A stretch of 64,000 nt of DNA from a bacterium (GTDB taxonomy: Bacteria > Zhuqueibacterota > Zhuqueibacteria > Residuimicrobiales > Krinioviventaceae), in NCBI GenBank assembly GCA_963693055.1, contig OY843751.1:3936001-4000000 (forward strand), written 5' to 3'. The notes under the pieces were generated by a model that had not been told where the DNA came from, did no database searches, and saw only the letters and a program-made list of their open reading frames with translations. The position numbers and the translations under genes are program-made. Each line of letters opens with the position of its first letter. The first letter of the stretch is position 1. Positions 20,064 to 29,960 of the stretch are shown here, one piece after another.

Positions 20064-21944
20064 TTACTTTTGAGATATTTGATATTCCTCCACCAGTGCC
20101 TTCATTTCCTGAATATCACTTGCCATTTCACTGGCAGCCGCTGCCGATTCTTCCGAATTGGCGGCATTGTCTTGCGTTACTTTATTAAGCTGCTCAACGG
20201 CATCATTAATCTGTTCAATACCGCGATTATGTTCAATAGAAGCAACCGCAATCAATTTCACCACATCATTTGCTTTTTGTATTTGTTCCGCAATCTCTTT
20301 TAAATCACTTGATACCTGTATATTCAGCTGCACTCCGTCTTCCGCATTTTTGACAGATTCCGAAACCAAATCTGCCGTATCCTTAGCCGCTTCGGCACTA
20401 CGAATGGCCAGATTACGGACTTCTTCCGCAACCACAGCAAATCCTTTACCGGCTTCTCCCGCGCGTGCCGCCTCAACAGCAGCGTTCAATGCCAAAAGAT
20501 TGGTCTGGAATGCTATTTCATCAATATTTTTCACAATTGCGGTTGTCTGGTCTGATGATGATTTTATACTCTCTATCGCATCAGAAAGCTTTTTCATGCT
20601 ATTCTGACCTTTGCGGGTGGTACTGAATGAAGATTCAGAAATGGAAATGGCTTCATTGGCATGAGACGCGTTTTCAGTTGAAGACGCTGTCAGCTCTTGC
20701 AATTTACTACCAATCTCCTGCAACGTACCGGCCTGCTCGGTTGCACCCTGGGCAACAGCCTGATTAGTAGAGTCAATTTGCCGTGATGCAGTGACAACAC
20801 TTTCTGTTTTACGAATGATATTATACAATCCTTCATCCAGATTATTAACAGCAGTATTGAGCGCGATTTTTATCTTTTCATAATCACCTTTGTAAAGACC
20901 ATTCATTTGAACAGTAAGGTCTTTATTTGAAATTCGTTCCATAACCTGAGCGGCATCGTTAATAGGTCCAATCACGGCATCCAGGGTTTTATTGAAATTT
21001 TCAACAATTTTAGCAAAATCGCCTTCATGCCTGCTTTCATCCGCACGTGTTTGCAGATCACCATTAACAGCAGAGGAAGCAAGAGTGTTGGCATCATCAA
21101 CCAATGCGGAAATTCGTTCTTTCATGCTTACCATGGCTCTGCCCAGGATATCTTGCTCAGAAAGAACATTTATATTTTGAGACAAATCTCCTCGGGCTAT
21201 TTGCTCTGCATTTGCGGCTTTGGCCAAAAGGCTTTGCTGTAGTACTTTTAAAGAGTCTTTTGCTGCGCCAATTTCGCAATCGCCATTCACACAAATATCT
21301 GCTTCTATATTACCTTTAGAAAATTTTTCAAGATAGGTAGTTATCTGTAATAAACCCCGCAAAACCTGTCGTTTCAAGAGTAATATAATAACCAGACAGG
21401 TAATAAAAATTGTAAAGAGCGAAATCAGCGTTAAAATCTTTGCCTGGCTGGTGATGGACTTTTTCACTTTATGAATTGAAGTCCTAACACTGATGGTCCC
21501 ATAGCTGTCCCCGGCATTGCCTTCATGGCAATCCAGACAGTTTTCGGCTGCAATGATTGGGACAATGAAACGGATAACAGGCTCATCCTGAAATGTTTCG
21601 GAAATAACCATATTTGTTTTTGAAGCAAGAACAGACGATTCTTCCGCATCCATTTCCTTTTCACTGTTTTCAATAACAAGGTTCGAAGGAACAACCCTGA
21701 TCTCCTGGGTGTTACCGACGTTCTGAACATCTTTAATATAGGGTTCTACATCATCAACCCCCTGTGCCATAATAAACATTAAAGATTTTGTAACAAAAGT
21801 TGCCGCGTCATGAATATTTTCTTCCGCGGTTGCCATCTCTCGTTTTTCCATAGTAGATTGCAATAATATCATCATCAGGCTCATTATAACGACAAGAACA
21901 ATGGCAACAATCAATCCGATTTTTTTGGATATCGAGTTACCCAC
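20064..21944 (-). CDS. Methyl-accepting chemotaxis protein with periplasmic CxxCH heme-c motif
   Basis: Two TMs, CLDCH in sensor domain, HAMPs, [37 protein letters not shown]. Confidence 0.95.
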   Translation of the reverse strand: MGNSISKKIGLIVAIVLVVIMSLMMILLQSTMEKREMATAEENIHDAATFVTKSLMFIMAQGVDDVEPYIKDVQNVGNTQEIRVVPSNLVIENSEKEMDAEESSVLASKTNMVISETFQDEPVIRFIVPIIAAENCLDCHEGNAGDSYGTISVRTSIHKVKKSITSQAKILTLISLFTIFITCLVIILLLKRQVLRGLLQITTYLEKFSKGNIEADICVNGDCEIGAAKDSLKVLQQSLLAKAANAEQIARGDLSQNINVLSEQDILGRAMVSMKERISALVDDANTLASSAVNGDLQTRADESRHEGDFAKIVENFNKTLDAVIGPINDAAQVMERISNKDLTVQMNGLYKGDYEKIKIALNTAVNNLDEGLYNIIRKTESVVTASRQIDSTNQAVAQGATEQAGTLQEIGSKLQELTASSTENASHANEAISISESSFSTTRKGQNSMKKLSDAIESIKSSSDQTTAIVKNIDEIAFQTNLLALNAAVEAARAGEAGKGFAVVAEEVRNLAIRSAEAAKDTADLVSESVKNAEDGVQLNIQVSSDLKEIAEQIQKANDVVKLIAVASIEHNRGIEQINDAVEQLNKVTQDNAANSEESAAAASEMASDIQEMKALVEEYQISQK

Positions 21945-22416
21945 AATACTACCCTTTCACTACTTTACTACTTGTTTACTACATAATATGATTATCAAAC
22001 AAATTTAGTACCAAAACATTATAAATTGAATCAAAATTCAATAAAACATGCATTTTACGTAAAAATCTGTGACTTTTTTCACAACACGATTTTTTAATAC
22101 TTTGACAAAGCTTTGATAAAATTCTAAATAATGTAATATTGATTATTTTTAACAAATAGGACGAGATACACTCTAATTTAACAACAATAAAAACAAAATG
22201 TTGCACTTAAATACAATCATATAAAAATTAAGAACTTATAGTCTGACTCTATAATTCGTATCGAATTCCCCAAGGATAGAACAATTACAACTGAGCTAAA
22301 GACTCACCAATAAAAATGAGAGTCAAATGAAAATTTAACATTCATGTTGAATTTCCTTTAAAGTGGGAATAAATTACTCACAAACAGATATAACTGAATT
22401 TGAATTTAGAGTTAAA

Positions 22417-22449
22417 TCAGCGGTAGTATTTTGATAAAATACTACCGCC
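22417..22449 (-). terminator. Hairpin downstream of 22485-22880
   Basis: GCGGTAGTATTTT-GAT-AAAATACTACCGC perfect stem. Confidence 0.7.
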
Positions 22450-22484
22450 ATGCAATATTTCCAGTAGAATAATATTGAAAGAAA

Positions 22485-22880
22485 CTAGTCAGAAATGCGT
22501 TTGTTCAAAATCTGAATCAATATAAACCAGCAAACAAGTGCAACCAGCAATGTGATTATTCCATAAATAGTAGAAAAGAATGAAATCCTAAAGCCCATTA
22601 ATACAATTTCAGGACTCACATCCGTAGCTACGATAATGGCTGCAATAGCCTGCCACAATCCCAAAATTTGACCAATGAATCCCAACATTGCAGTCAAGCT
22701 TGCAAAAAATGGAATTGCATGCATTTCCCGATAAATTTTTTCTGGTTTTTTTTCAGCCTTAATCACATCTATTGTACCCTTAACTATTGCATACAAGGTA
22801 ATCAGTGAAAATGGAAGAACAACCCATAACCAGGGTCCCATCGCTTGAAAAAAGAAAACCAGTGACATCTCTTGTTGCAT
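22485..22880 (-). CDS. Small membrane protein, MotA/TolQ/ExbB-channel-like
   Basis: LGFIGQILGL.QA..AI....DVSP....GFRISF.STIYG; GGAGG RBS; divergent from LytS/LytTR. Confidence 0.7.
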   Translation of the reverse strand: MQQEMSLVFFFQAMGPWLWVVLPFSLITLYAIVKGTIDVIKAEKKPEKIYREMHAIPFFASLTAMLGFIGQILGLWQAIAAIIVATDVSPEIVLMGFRISFFSTIYGIITLLVALVCWFILIQILNKRISD

Positions 22881-23113
22881 AACAACCTCCTATTAATATG
22901 TTAGAATGAACAACAACAATCTAACATAACCAATTGAGGAATTTATCATTATTAGACAATCTGCTGTATTTAAGACATATACAACAACATGGAACCTAAA
23001 GGTCATTAATACAATATTAGGCCTCATTTATACTGAAATATCTGTTGTTTGTCGATTTTTATAGACATTCAAAATGAAAAACCATATCTTTTATTACAAC
23101 AAAGAGGATATGT

Positions 23114-24211
23114 TTGAAATATAAAATAAAAAATATAAATCTTTTTGCAATAGAAATAAGCCACAAACAAAAACAGATTGTGAGAATTTTAACACATATC
23201 TTTTATTGGACACTGGCTCTTTTCTTTTATATCTTTTATTTTGGACACTGGGAAGGCAATTATTTTTACACATTTAAATTTGTAATTTCACTGTTACCCA
23301 TTTCTATGGGTACCTGCTATTTGATTATATACTTTCTTTTCCCCAGGTATCTTTTTAATCCGCAAAAACGCTCAATCCCCAAACTATTGTACCTCCTTTT
23401 AAACACACTTGTACTATTCGCATACCTGAACTGTATGGTCATTGCTATATTTATGATCAAAAGCGCACTGGGGAAAGGACTTTTGGATAGCAAAATGGAC
23501 CTCTCAACGATAGACATGACTATTGTGATGTTGAGCATGTTGTTTTCGGTGATGCTGGCCGTTGCTATCAAATTGATCAAATACTGGTACCGGGAACAAA
23601 ACCGTTCTCAGCAACTGTTGCAGGAGAAAATTGAAACCGAGCTGCGTATGCTGAAAATGCAGTTAAATCCGCATTTTTTATTCAACACCTTGAACAGTAT
23701 TTATGCATTATCACTCTCACGGTCAGAGCAAACACCGGATGTGGTTCTTAAACTCTCGGCCATGCTCGATTATGTTTTGTACGAGTGTAAAACCAAACAG
23801 GTTGAACTGTCCAAAGAAGTATTATTTTTGCAAAACTATATCGAACTTGAAAAATACAGATTTGCAGATCGGGTAAATGTTTCATTCAAAACCGAATTGC
23901 CTGACAAACCAGTCAACATACCTCCCATGATGTTAATGCCTTTTGTGGAAAACAGTTTTAAACATGGCGCGGGTAAAAGCCGTAAACAAAGCAATATCGA
24001 GATATCACTTTCTGTTGCAAATACAACTCTTAATTTTAACATCCAAAATGATCATCCCGGCTCAGGACCGATTGAATTTAATGGTATTGGGCTCAAGAGT
24101 GCAAAAAAACAACTTGAGCTGATGTATCCACAAAATCACACGTTAACCATAACGGACCAGGATGGAAAGTTTAACGTAGATCTATCATTTCCGGTACAGG
24201 TAAGTCCATGA
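23114..24211 (+). CDS. LytS/YehU-type sensor histidine kinase
   Basis: 4 TMs, LKMQLNPHFLFNTLNSIY, PFVENSFKHG, GIGL. Confidence 0.93.
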   Translation: MKYKIKNINLFAIEISHKQKQIVRILTHIFYWTLALFFYIFYFGHWEGNYFYTFKFVISLLPISMGTCYLIIYFLFPRYLFNPQKRSIPKLLYLLLNTLVLFAYLNCMVIAIFMIKSALGKGLLDSKMDLSTIDMTIVMLSMLFSVMLAVAIKLIKYWYREQNRSQQLLQEKIETELRMLKMQLNPHFLFNTLNSIYALSLSRSEQTPDVVLKLSAMLDYVLYECKTKQVELSKEVLFLQNYIELEKYRFADRVNVSFKTELPDKPVNIPPMMLMPFVENSFKHGAGKSRKQSNIEISLSVANTTLNFNIQNDHPGSGPIEFNGIGLKSAKKQLELMYPQNHTLTITDQDGKFNVDLSFPVQVSP

Positions 24212-24918
24212 AAATTAAATGTATGCTTGTTGATGATGAACCCCTGGCCATTCAGGCCTTGAGCAGTTTGCTTGATCGAATGGATAATATCGAGATTACG
24301 GCTGGGTGTAACGATGCCTTGTCCGCATTTCAGCACATAAAATCAAACCCGGTTGATCTGTTGTTCCTCGACATAGAGATGCCTGAACTGTCGGGACTCG
24401 ATTTCATCAAATCCCTGAAACACCCGCCTAAAATCATTCTGGTTACAGCTTACCGGGATTACGCGTTAGATGCCTTTGATCTGGATGTATTGGATTATCT
24501 GCTCAAACCGGTATCTTTTGAACGACTGCTGCAAGCTTTGGATAAATTTTACGAGTCTTTTCAATCCCGCGAAAACGTTATACCGTCTACAAATGAGAGC
24601 AATACAAACACTGCTCAATTTCTGCAAATCAAAGCGGATAAAAAAACGGTTCGCATTCCCCTGCAAAACATTCTCTATATTGAAAGCATGAAAGATTATC
24701 AAAAGATACACACCGTTGGTGGAAATACGGTTACGCAGATGTCTCTTAAATCCATTTTGGAGAAACTGCCGGATAATCTGTTTATGCAAATCCATCGCTC
24801 GTTTATCATCAATCTTGATAAAATCGACTCTTTCACCTCAAACAGTATAGAAATAAAAAAACAAGAGCTGCCCATAGGCAGAATGTACAGGGCCGCGCTT
24901 TTTGCGCAGTTGAACTAG
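24208..24918 (+). CDS. LytTR family response regulator
   Basis: LVDDEPLA, FLDIEMP, DYLLKP, ILYIES, QIHRSFIIN. Confidence 0.95.
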   Translation: MKIKCMLVDDEPLAIQALSSLLDRMDNIEITAGCNDALSAFQHIKSNPVDLLFLDIEMPELSGLDFIKSLKHPPKIILVTAYRDYALDAFDLDVLDYLLKPVSFERLLQALDKFYESFQSRENVIPSTNESNTNTAQFLQIKADKKTVRIPLQNILYIESMKDYQKIHTVGGNTVTQMSLKSILEKLPDNLFMQIHRSFIINLDKIDSFTSNSIEIKKQELPIGRMYRAALFAQLN

Positions 24919-25040
24919 GCATCCCCTCTCCTGTTTCTGTATTCCTTAACAAAAAATCCATTGCAAAAGAATGCAATTCTTGCTATTGTATACGGGTTGT
25001 ATTTTATCTATTATCTAAACTTTTTTAATCCGAGGAACCT

Positions 25041-27053
25041 ATGCAAAAAGTCATTGCAGTGTTGCTGTTATCGTTATTCATCCTGCTTGCCGGATGCAGT
25101 AAACCCAGTCAAAACAAACTCGAAAACTCTTATATCACAATAAATCTTAGTTATAACGAAAATGGCATACCGGTCATTCAAAAATTTTCCAGCGTAAAAT
25201 ATACGATTATCAGCAATACAGATAAATCAACCATTAATGACTGGCTTCCCGAGATTGAAAAAGATGCCAGTATCAGCAAATGGAAAGTTGAACGGGACAG
25301 CAAATTTATCAAAGCCCGGGCAACTGCAACCTCTAATAATTTGACAATTACCTGGAATGTGGAATTGCCGAAAAACGGAGGCTTGTTTCGTACATATATA
25401 GATCTAAAAAATAATGGACAATCAAAGCAATCCATTGTCAGCTATCCGGTTTGGATTGCGCAATGGAATTATAATAGTGACAAGCTGTGTAAACTTGATT
25501 ACTGGCAGCCATTGACCTATACACCCTTCAGACAATCTCTCAATACCGGTACAAAAATCAATTTAAATTCTGCGGTATACAGTTCTGACAAACACAAACC
25601 AGACGGCAAGCTTCCCTTTTGGCAGGTTGAGCATGAAAACGGGTCTGTATTTTACAGCATTGGTTGGAGCGGCGGCTGGAATGCCGATATTTCACAAAAA
25701 ACAGATGGCACAAATATGCACGTATTTCTGCCACCTGCCGAGACCCAGTTGGTCCTTGAACCGGGCGAGTCGGTTACCGGACCCATGCTCTACATCATGC
25801 CCAGTCCTGAAACACTGAAAGCTGATGCACGAAAAGATTGGTTAACACAGCGCAATGACTTTAGCAACCTACTGTACGAAAAACCCGACAACTGGTATCC
25901 TTTTTTGTACAATCACTGGTACTCGGTACGCTTTGATCTCAGCAGCACATTCATCAAAAACCAGATCGATACCATGCTGCCGTACAACTTTGATCTGTTT
26001 GTGGTAGATGCGGGATGGTACGCGAGTCCAGGCGATTGGGTGCCGGACCCTGAAAAATTCAAACCGGGTGAGTTTGAAAAAGCCCTGAAATATGTGAAAG
26101 ACAATGGCATTCTTGCCGGCATCTGGAGTTGTCCCTGGTTGCTGCGGGTTGATGGAGAAACGCTCCCTCCTGAAATTGACAATCCCCCCTTTTATCGCGA
26201 TTTTATGGATGCATACGGAATGGACCTCGCTGGCACTGATTTTACAAAGTATCTGCACAACCATATTGAACATTTGACAGACCAATTTTACATGGACTGG
26301 TGGAAGTATGACCAGGAACTGTTTGGGGACAATTCGCGACACGGTAAAATGAAAAACATTATTGCCCTGCAGGATGCGCTTGAGGCAGTACGAATAGATT
26401 TCCCTAAACTCAATATTGAGAATTGTATGAGCGGCGGCAGAATGATTAATGAATTTACAGACCAGATTGCCCAGAGCCACTGGATACGCGACGGCAGCCG
26501 GAATGGTATGCAGCATGCGCAATCGAACATCAGTGAAGCGCTGGGGGCCATCCAATTGCTGGATCCTGCCAAAGTGCAGCGCTGGACCAATCGCATTAAC
26601 GAACTGGATGAAAACGATACCGAATTGATCAAGCTCTATTGCCGGAGCTGCATGATTGGGGTGTGGGGAATATCCACGGACATGGCTAAAGTGACTGAGA
26701 AACAAAAACAGATCATTCTTGAACAGATCAAGATCTATCGCAAGCTGAATGCACTCAAATCCGCACTCGATTATGACATTTGGTACCCCAATGAAAACTC
26801 TGATTTTGCGGGCGCCATCTATTATGATCAACTGCATGAAAATGCTGCGGTCTTGTTGTATAATCGCAAACCGGGTAACGAGATCAACGCGGAACTCAAA
26901 GTCCGGCTCAATTCGGATACATCCTATATACTGTACAATGCGGACACGGAAACAAACACAGAGATATCCGGCAAATCATTGATAAATGGCGAATATGTTT
27001 TTCATTTGAATAAAGGTGAGCTTTCCGGGGTATATTTTATTACCGGGAAATAA
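25041..27053 (+). CDS. GH36-like alpha-galactosidase family lipoprotein
   Basis: LAGC lipobox, YNHW, FVVDAGWY, WKYD nucleophile region, IENCMSGGR. Confidence 0.8.
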   Translation: MQKVIAVLLLSLFILLAGCSKPSQNKLENSYITINLSYNENGIPVIQKFSSVKYTIISNTDKSTINDWLPEIEKDASISKWKVERDSKFIKARATATSNNLTITWNVELPKNGGLFRTYIDLKNNGQSKQSIVSYPVWIAQWNYNSDKLCKLDYWQPLTYTPFRQSLNTGTKINLNSAVYSSDKHKPDGKLPFWQVEHENGSVFYSIGWSGGWNADISQKTDGTNMHVFLPPAETQLVLEPGESVTGPMLYIMPSPETLKADARKDWLTQRNDFSNLLYEKPDNWYPFLYNHWYSVRFDLSSTFIKNQIDTMLPYNFDLFVVDAGWYASPGDWVPDPEKFKPGEFEKALKYVKDNGILAGIWSCPWLLRVDGETLPPEIDNPPFYRDFMDAYGMDLAGTDFTKYLHNHIEHLTDQFYMDWWKYDQELFGDNSRHGKMKNIIALQDALEAVRIDFPKLNIENCMSGGRMINEFTDQIAQSHWIRDGSRNGMQHAQSNISEALGAIQLLDPAKVQRWTNRINELDENDTELIKLYCRSCMIGVWGISTDMAKVTEKQKQIILEQIKIYRKLNALKSALDYDIWYPNENSDFAGAIYYDQLHENAAVLLYNRKPGNEINAELKVRLNSDTSYILYNADTETNTEISGKSLINGEYVFHLNKGELSGVYFITGK

Positions 27054-27172
27054 AAAAGAGGAAAAAGGGGAAAAGCATGTCAATCACCTCCAGTCACAGA
27101 AAACCGCGTTACAAAAAAGAAATTAAAAACAGGTTCCCGGACCTGGTACAACAATAAAAAAAAGGTGAAAAA

Positions 27173-28270
27173 ATGCAAGTAAACAAGCGCAATTCATTTC
27201 TGATCATTACAATCATCATCTCTGTTCTGGCTACATGCCCGCTCTGGGGACAACCAAAGAGAGATTTTACAAAATATGACCTGCTGACCCTGGCCCATCC
27301 TGCAGTCATGGTAAACGGGCTTCCGGGTTGGGACGCGGACAAAAAAATGTATCGTCTGCCGTTAAAGATGGAAGGTAACATCCGGGACAAACTGTGGAAT
27401 CTGGGTACTCAACCTTCGGGTGGGCGTGTACGCTTTCACAGTACCACTACAGTGCTGGGCATTGTTGCGCATGGCAACGGTCCTGCCACCCCCCATCACA
27501 TGACCAGCATTATGAAAAACGGCATAGATGTATATGTGAATGACCAGTATGCCGGCAGCGCCTGGCCGGATAAAACAGGCAAGGTCACAAGGCTTATTTA
27601 TCTCCATCCTGATGAGCCGGAGAATGATATAACCATTTATCTCCCCCTCTACGGTACTATTGAAATTGACAGCATCTTTGTGGACAAGGGAGCTGAAATC
27701 TCTGCCCCAACCGATCTCAAGGATATGCCGCCCATCATCTATTACGGCTCCAGCATAACCCAGGGTGGATGCGCGTCTAATCCCGGCGCCAGCTATCAGG
27801 CGTTTATTGGTCGTGAAAACCATATCGATTTTATCAATTTGGGCTTTAGTGGAAACGGCATTGGCGATATCGAGATTGCGCAATTCATCAGCGAGCTTGA
27901 TGCCTCAATGATCGTTCTGGACCACTGGGCGAATCCCAAACTGGATGTCTACAAAAAGACCATGGCGCCCTTTGTTGAGGCCATTCGATCAACACACAAG
28001 GAAACGCCAATACTATTGATCAGTCCTTTTTTCAGCACACACGATGATTCGATACACGCAGGCAAACGTGAATTCGCCATGGAATTTGTAGAATCTGCCC
28101 GGACTGCCGGAGATAAAAACATTTACTTTTTTGAGGGCACCAACATGTTTTCAAAAGAACATGCCTACGGTGCAGTGGATGGCGAGCATCTCAATTCTCT
28201 GGGATTCTGGTTTTGCGCACAGGGTCTGGCGCCGGAGATTGACAGGATATTGGCGATAAAACCGGAATAA
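27173..28270 (+). CDS. SGNH/GDSL hydrolase with N-terminal GxDLY-like domain
   Basis: SGGRVRF, GIDVY, YGSSITQGGCAS, NLGFSGN, DGEHLN. Confidence 0.88.
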   Translation: MQVNKRNSFLIITIIISVLATCPLWGQPKRDFTKYDLLTLAHPAVMVNGLPGWDADKKMYRLPLKMEGNIRDKLWNLGTQPSGGRVRFHSTTTVLGIVAHGNGPATPHHMTSIMKNGIDVYVNDQYAGSAWPDKTGKVTRLIYLHPDEPENDITIYLPLYGTIEIDSIFVDKGAEISAPTDLKDMPPIIYYGSSITQGGCASNPGASYQAFIGRENHIDFINLGFSGNGIGDIEIAQFISELDASMIVLDHWANPKLDVYKKTMAPFVEAIRSTHKETPILLISPFFSTHDDSIHAGKREFAMEFVESARTAGDKNIYFFEGTNMFSKEHAYGAVDGEHLNSLGFWFCAQGLAPEIDRILAIKPE

Positions 28271-28621
28271 ATAAATTGATCTGGTTCCCAGGCTCTGACT
28301 GGTGACCTTGAGAGAAAACACAGAGGAAGCAGAGACAGCGCAAAGAGCGCAATGAAAAACAAATCCTCCTAAAAAAGGATTGAAACGAAATTTACATTAT
28401 AAATGCAATCAATGGATTCGAAAAAACAATCAATCCAGCTATGAACTTTCTCCCTCTGCGTTCTGTTAACTTGCGTTCTTTGCGTTTTGCTTTTGAATGC
28501 ATGGAATCCGCAATACAGCATACAAATCCTTCCCAAATGTATAAATCAAAAAATATCATTTTTCCCTTGCATTGCATCCAACTCCTCAATATCTTGAAAT
28601 AACCAACCCGGAGGAGTTATT

Positions 28622-29107
28622 ATGTCAAGATTTATCAGTTTTATTGTTATTTCTCTGTTCATCCTTCCCCTCAGTCTATTGGCAGCCGATAAAGGCACCG
28701 AGCTTTACGGAACCTGGCAAATAAACAAAGAAAAAAGCAATCTGCCCGCCGAGCAAATGTACATGAACAAAATCAAGATAAACATAATTAATGACAGCCT
28801 GTATACCACCCGTACGTATTACAACAGCTGGGAAGAATATCCCTTTGATGAAAAAGTCAAAATCGGTGGCCCGGAATATGAATTCTATGTCTATAATATG
28901 CCCAGAAAAGTCAAAGCGTATTGGTCAAATGACAACCTTTTGACAATAGAATCTATTACAACGTTTTATGGAGATAATGGAGAGTTTGATTTTATCAATA
29001 CAGAAACCTGGACTATTAATAACGATAATGATTTGACAATCAGCTTTAAAAACAACTCTCCCCGGGGAGACAGCACAGGTACCTGGTTTTATCAAAAAAC
29101 GCAATGA
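28622..29107 (+). CDS. Secreted hypothetical beta-barrel (lipocalin-like) protein
   Basis: Signal peptide, GTWQINKEKS motif, GGAGGAG RBS. Confidence 0.65.
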   Translation: MSRFISFIVISLFILPLSLLAADKGTELYGTWQINKEKSNLPAEQMYMNKIKINIINDSLYTTRTYYNSWEEYPFDEKVKIGGPEYEFYVYNMPRKVKAYWSNDNLLTIESITTFYGDNGEFDFINTETWTINNDNDLTISFKNNSPRGDSTGTWFYQKTQ

Positions 29108-29174
29108 GAATTTATATTGGAACCCGGGTCTGTTTATGTTTATTAAATAAAACAGATAAACCGCGGAGTTAAAA

Positions 29175-29942
29175 ATGCGAAAAAAAATAATAACATCAAG
29201 TTTGCTGCTCTTTTTCATCATAACAGCAGCCTGGGGGCAGAAATTTACTGTGGAAGCAGTATCTAACGAAACAGCAGATGCACTGGATATTGAAGCCGTT
29301 GCAGACCTGTTTGCCGAAACCGAAAGTCTGGAAGCTTTTGAACTGGCCCTGAATGATACCGACAAAGGTATTAACAACCTGGATCTGGACGATGACGGGT
29401 ATGTGGATTATCTTGTAGTCAATGAAGAGGTAAATGACAACACCCACCTTGTAGTAATACAAGCGCTATTGGGAGAGAATGAAATTCAGGATGTTGCAGT
29501 CATTGAAATTGAACAAACCGGTGAAAATGAATACAACATGTATGTACAGGGCGATGAAACCCTGTACGGGCCCGATTTCTATTACATCCCGGCGACCACA
29601 CATATTTACACGTGGCCAATCGTAATCAGATTGTACAGACCGGCATATAAACCATATCGCACAGTTTATTATTATGGACATTATCACCCCACCTGGCATG
29701 CACGTAAACCTGTCCCGGCCAAAGCTTATCATATGAAAACAGCAAAAATAAAAAGGCATGTATTTGTAAGACACAATGCCAAGGTCATTCATACTAATAA
29801 AATCAAACGTGAGGTCAAAAGATCGGAAAGAGTTAAAACGCGGAAAACAGTCCGGGCTGAAAAACCGGTAAAAACAAGAACCAAATCAACTCCCAAATCA
29901 CACTCCACACCTCAAAAACAACGTGATACCAACAGACGATAA
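29175..29942 (+). CDS. Secreted hypothetical protein with EF-hand-like loop and basic tail
   Basis: Signal peptide, INNLDLDDDGYVDY, QDVAVIE, GDETLYG. Confidence 0.7.
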   Translation: MRKKIITSSLLLFFIITAAWGQKFTVEAVSNETADALDIEAVADLFAETESLEAFELALNDTDKGINNLDLDDDGYVDYLVVNEEVNDNTHLVVIQALLGENEIQDVAVIEIEQTGENEYNMYVQGDETLYGPDFYYIPATTHIYTWPIVIRLYRPAYKPYRTVYYYGHYHPTWHARKPVPAKAYHMKTAKIKRHVFVRHNAKVIHTNKIKREVKRSERVKTRKTVRAEKPVKTRTKSTPKSHSTPQKQRDTNRR

Positions 29943-29960
29943 CCGGATTTCGTTATCAGA

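Noticed and set aside
25869-26837. 322-aa antisense ORF
   Set aside because: Lies wholly opposite the GH36 gene, has no motifs; shadow of codon bias
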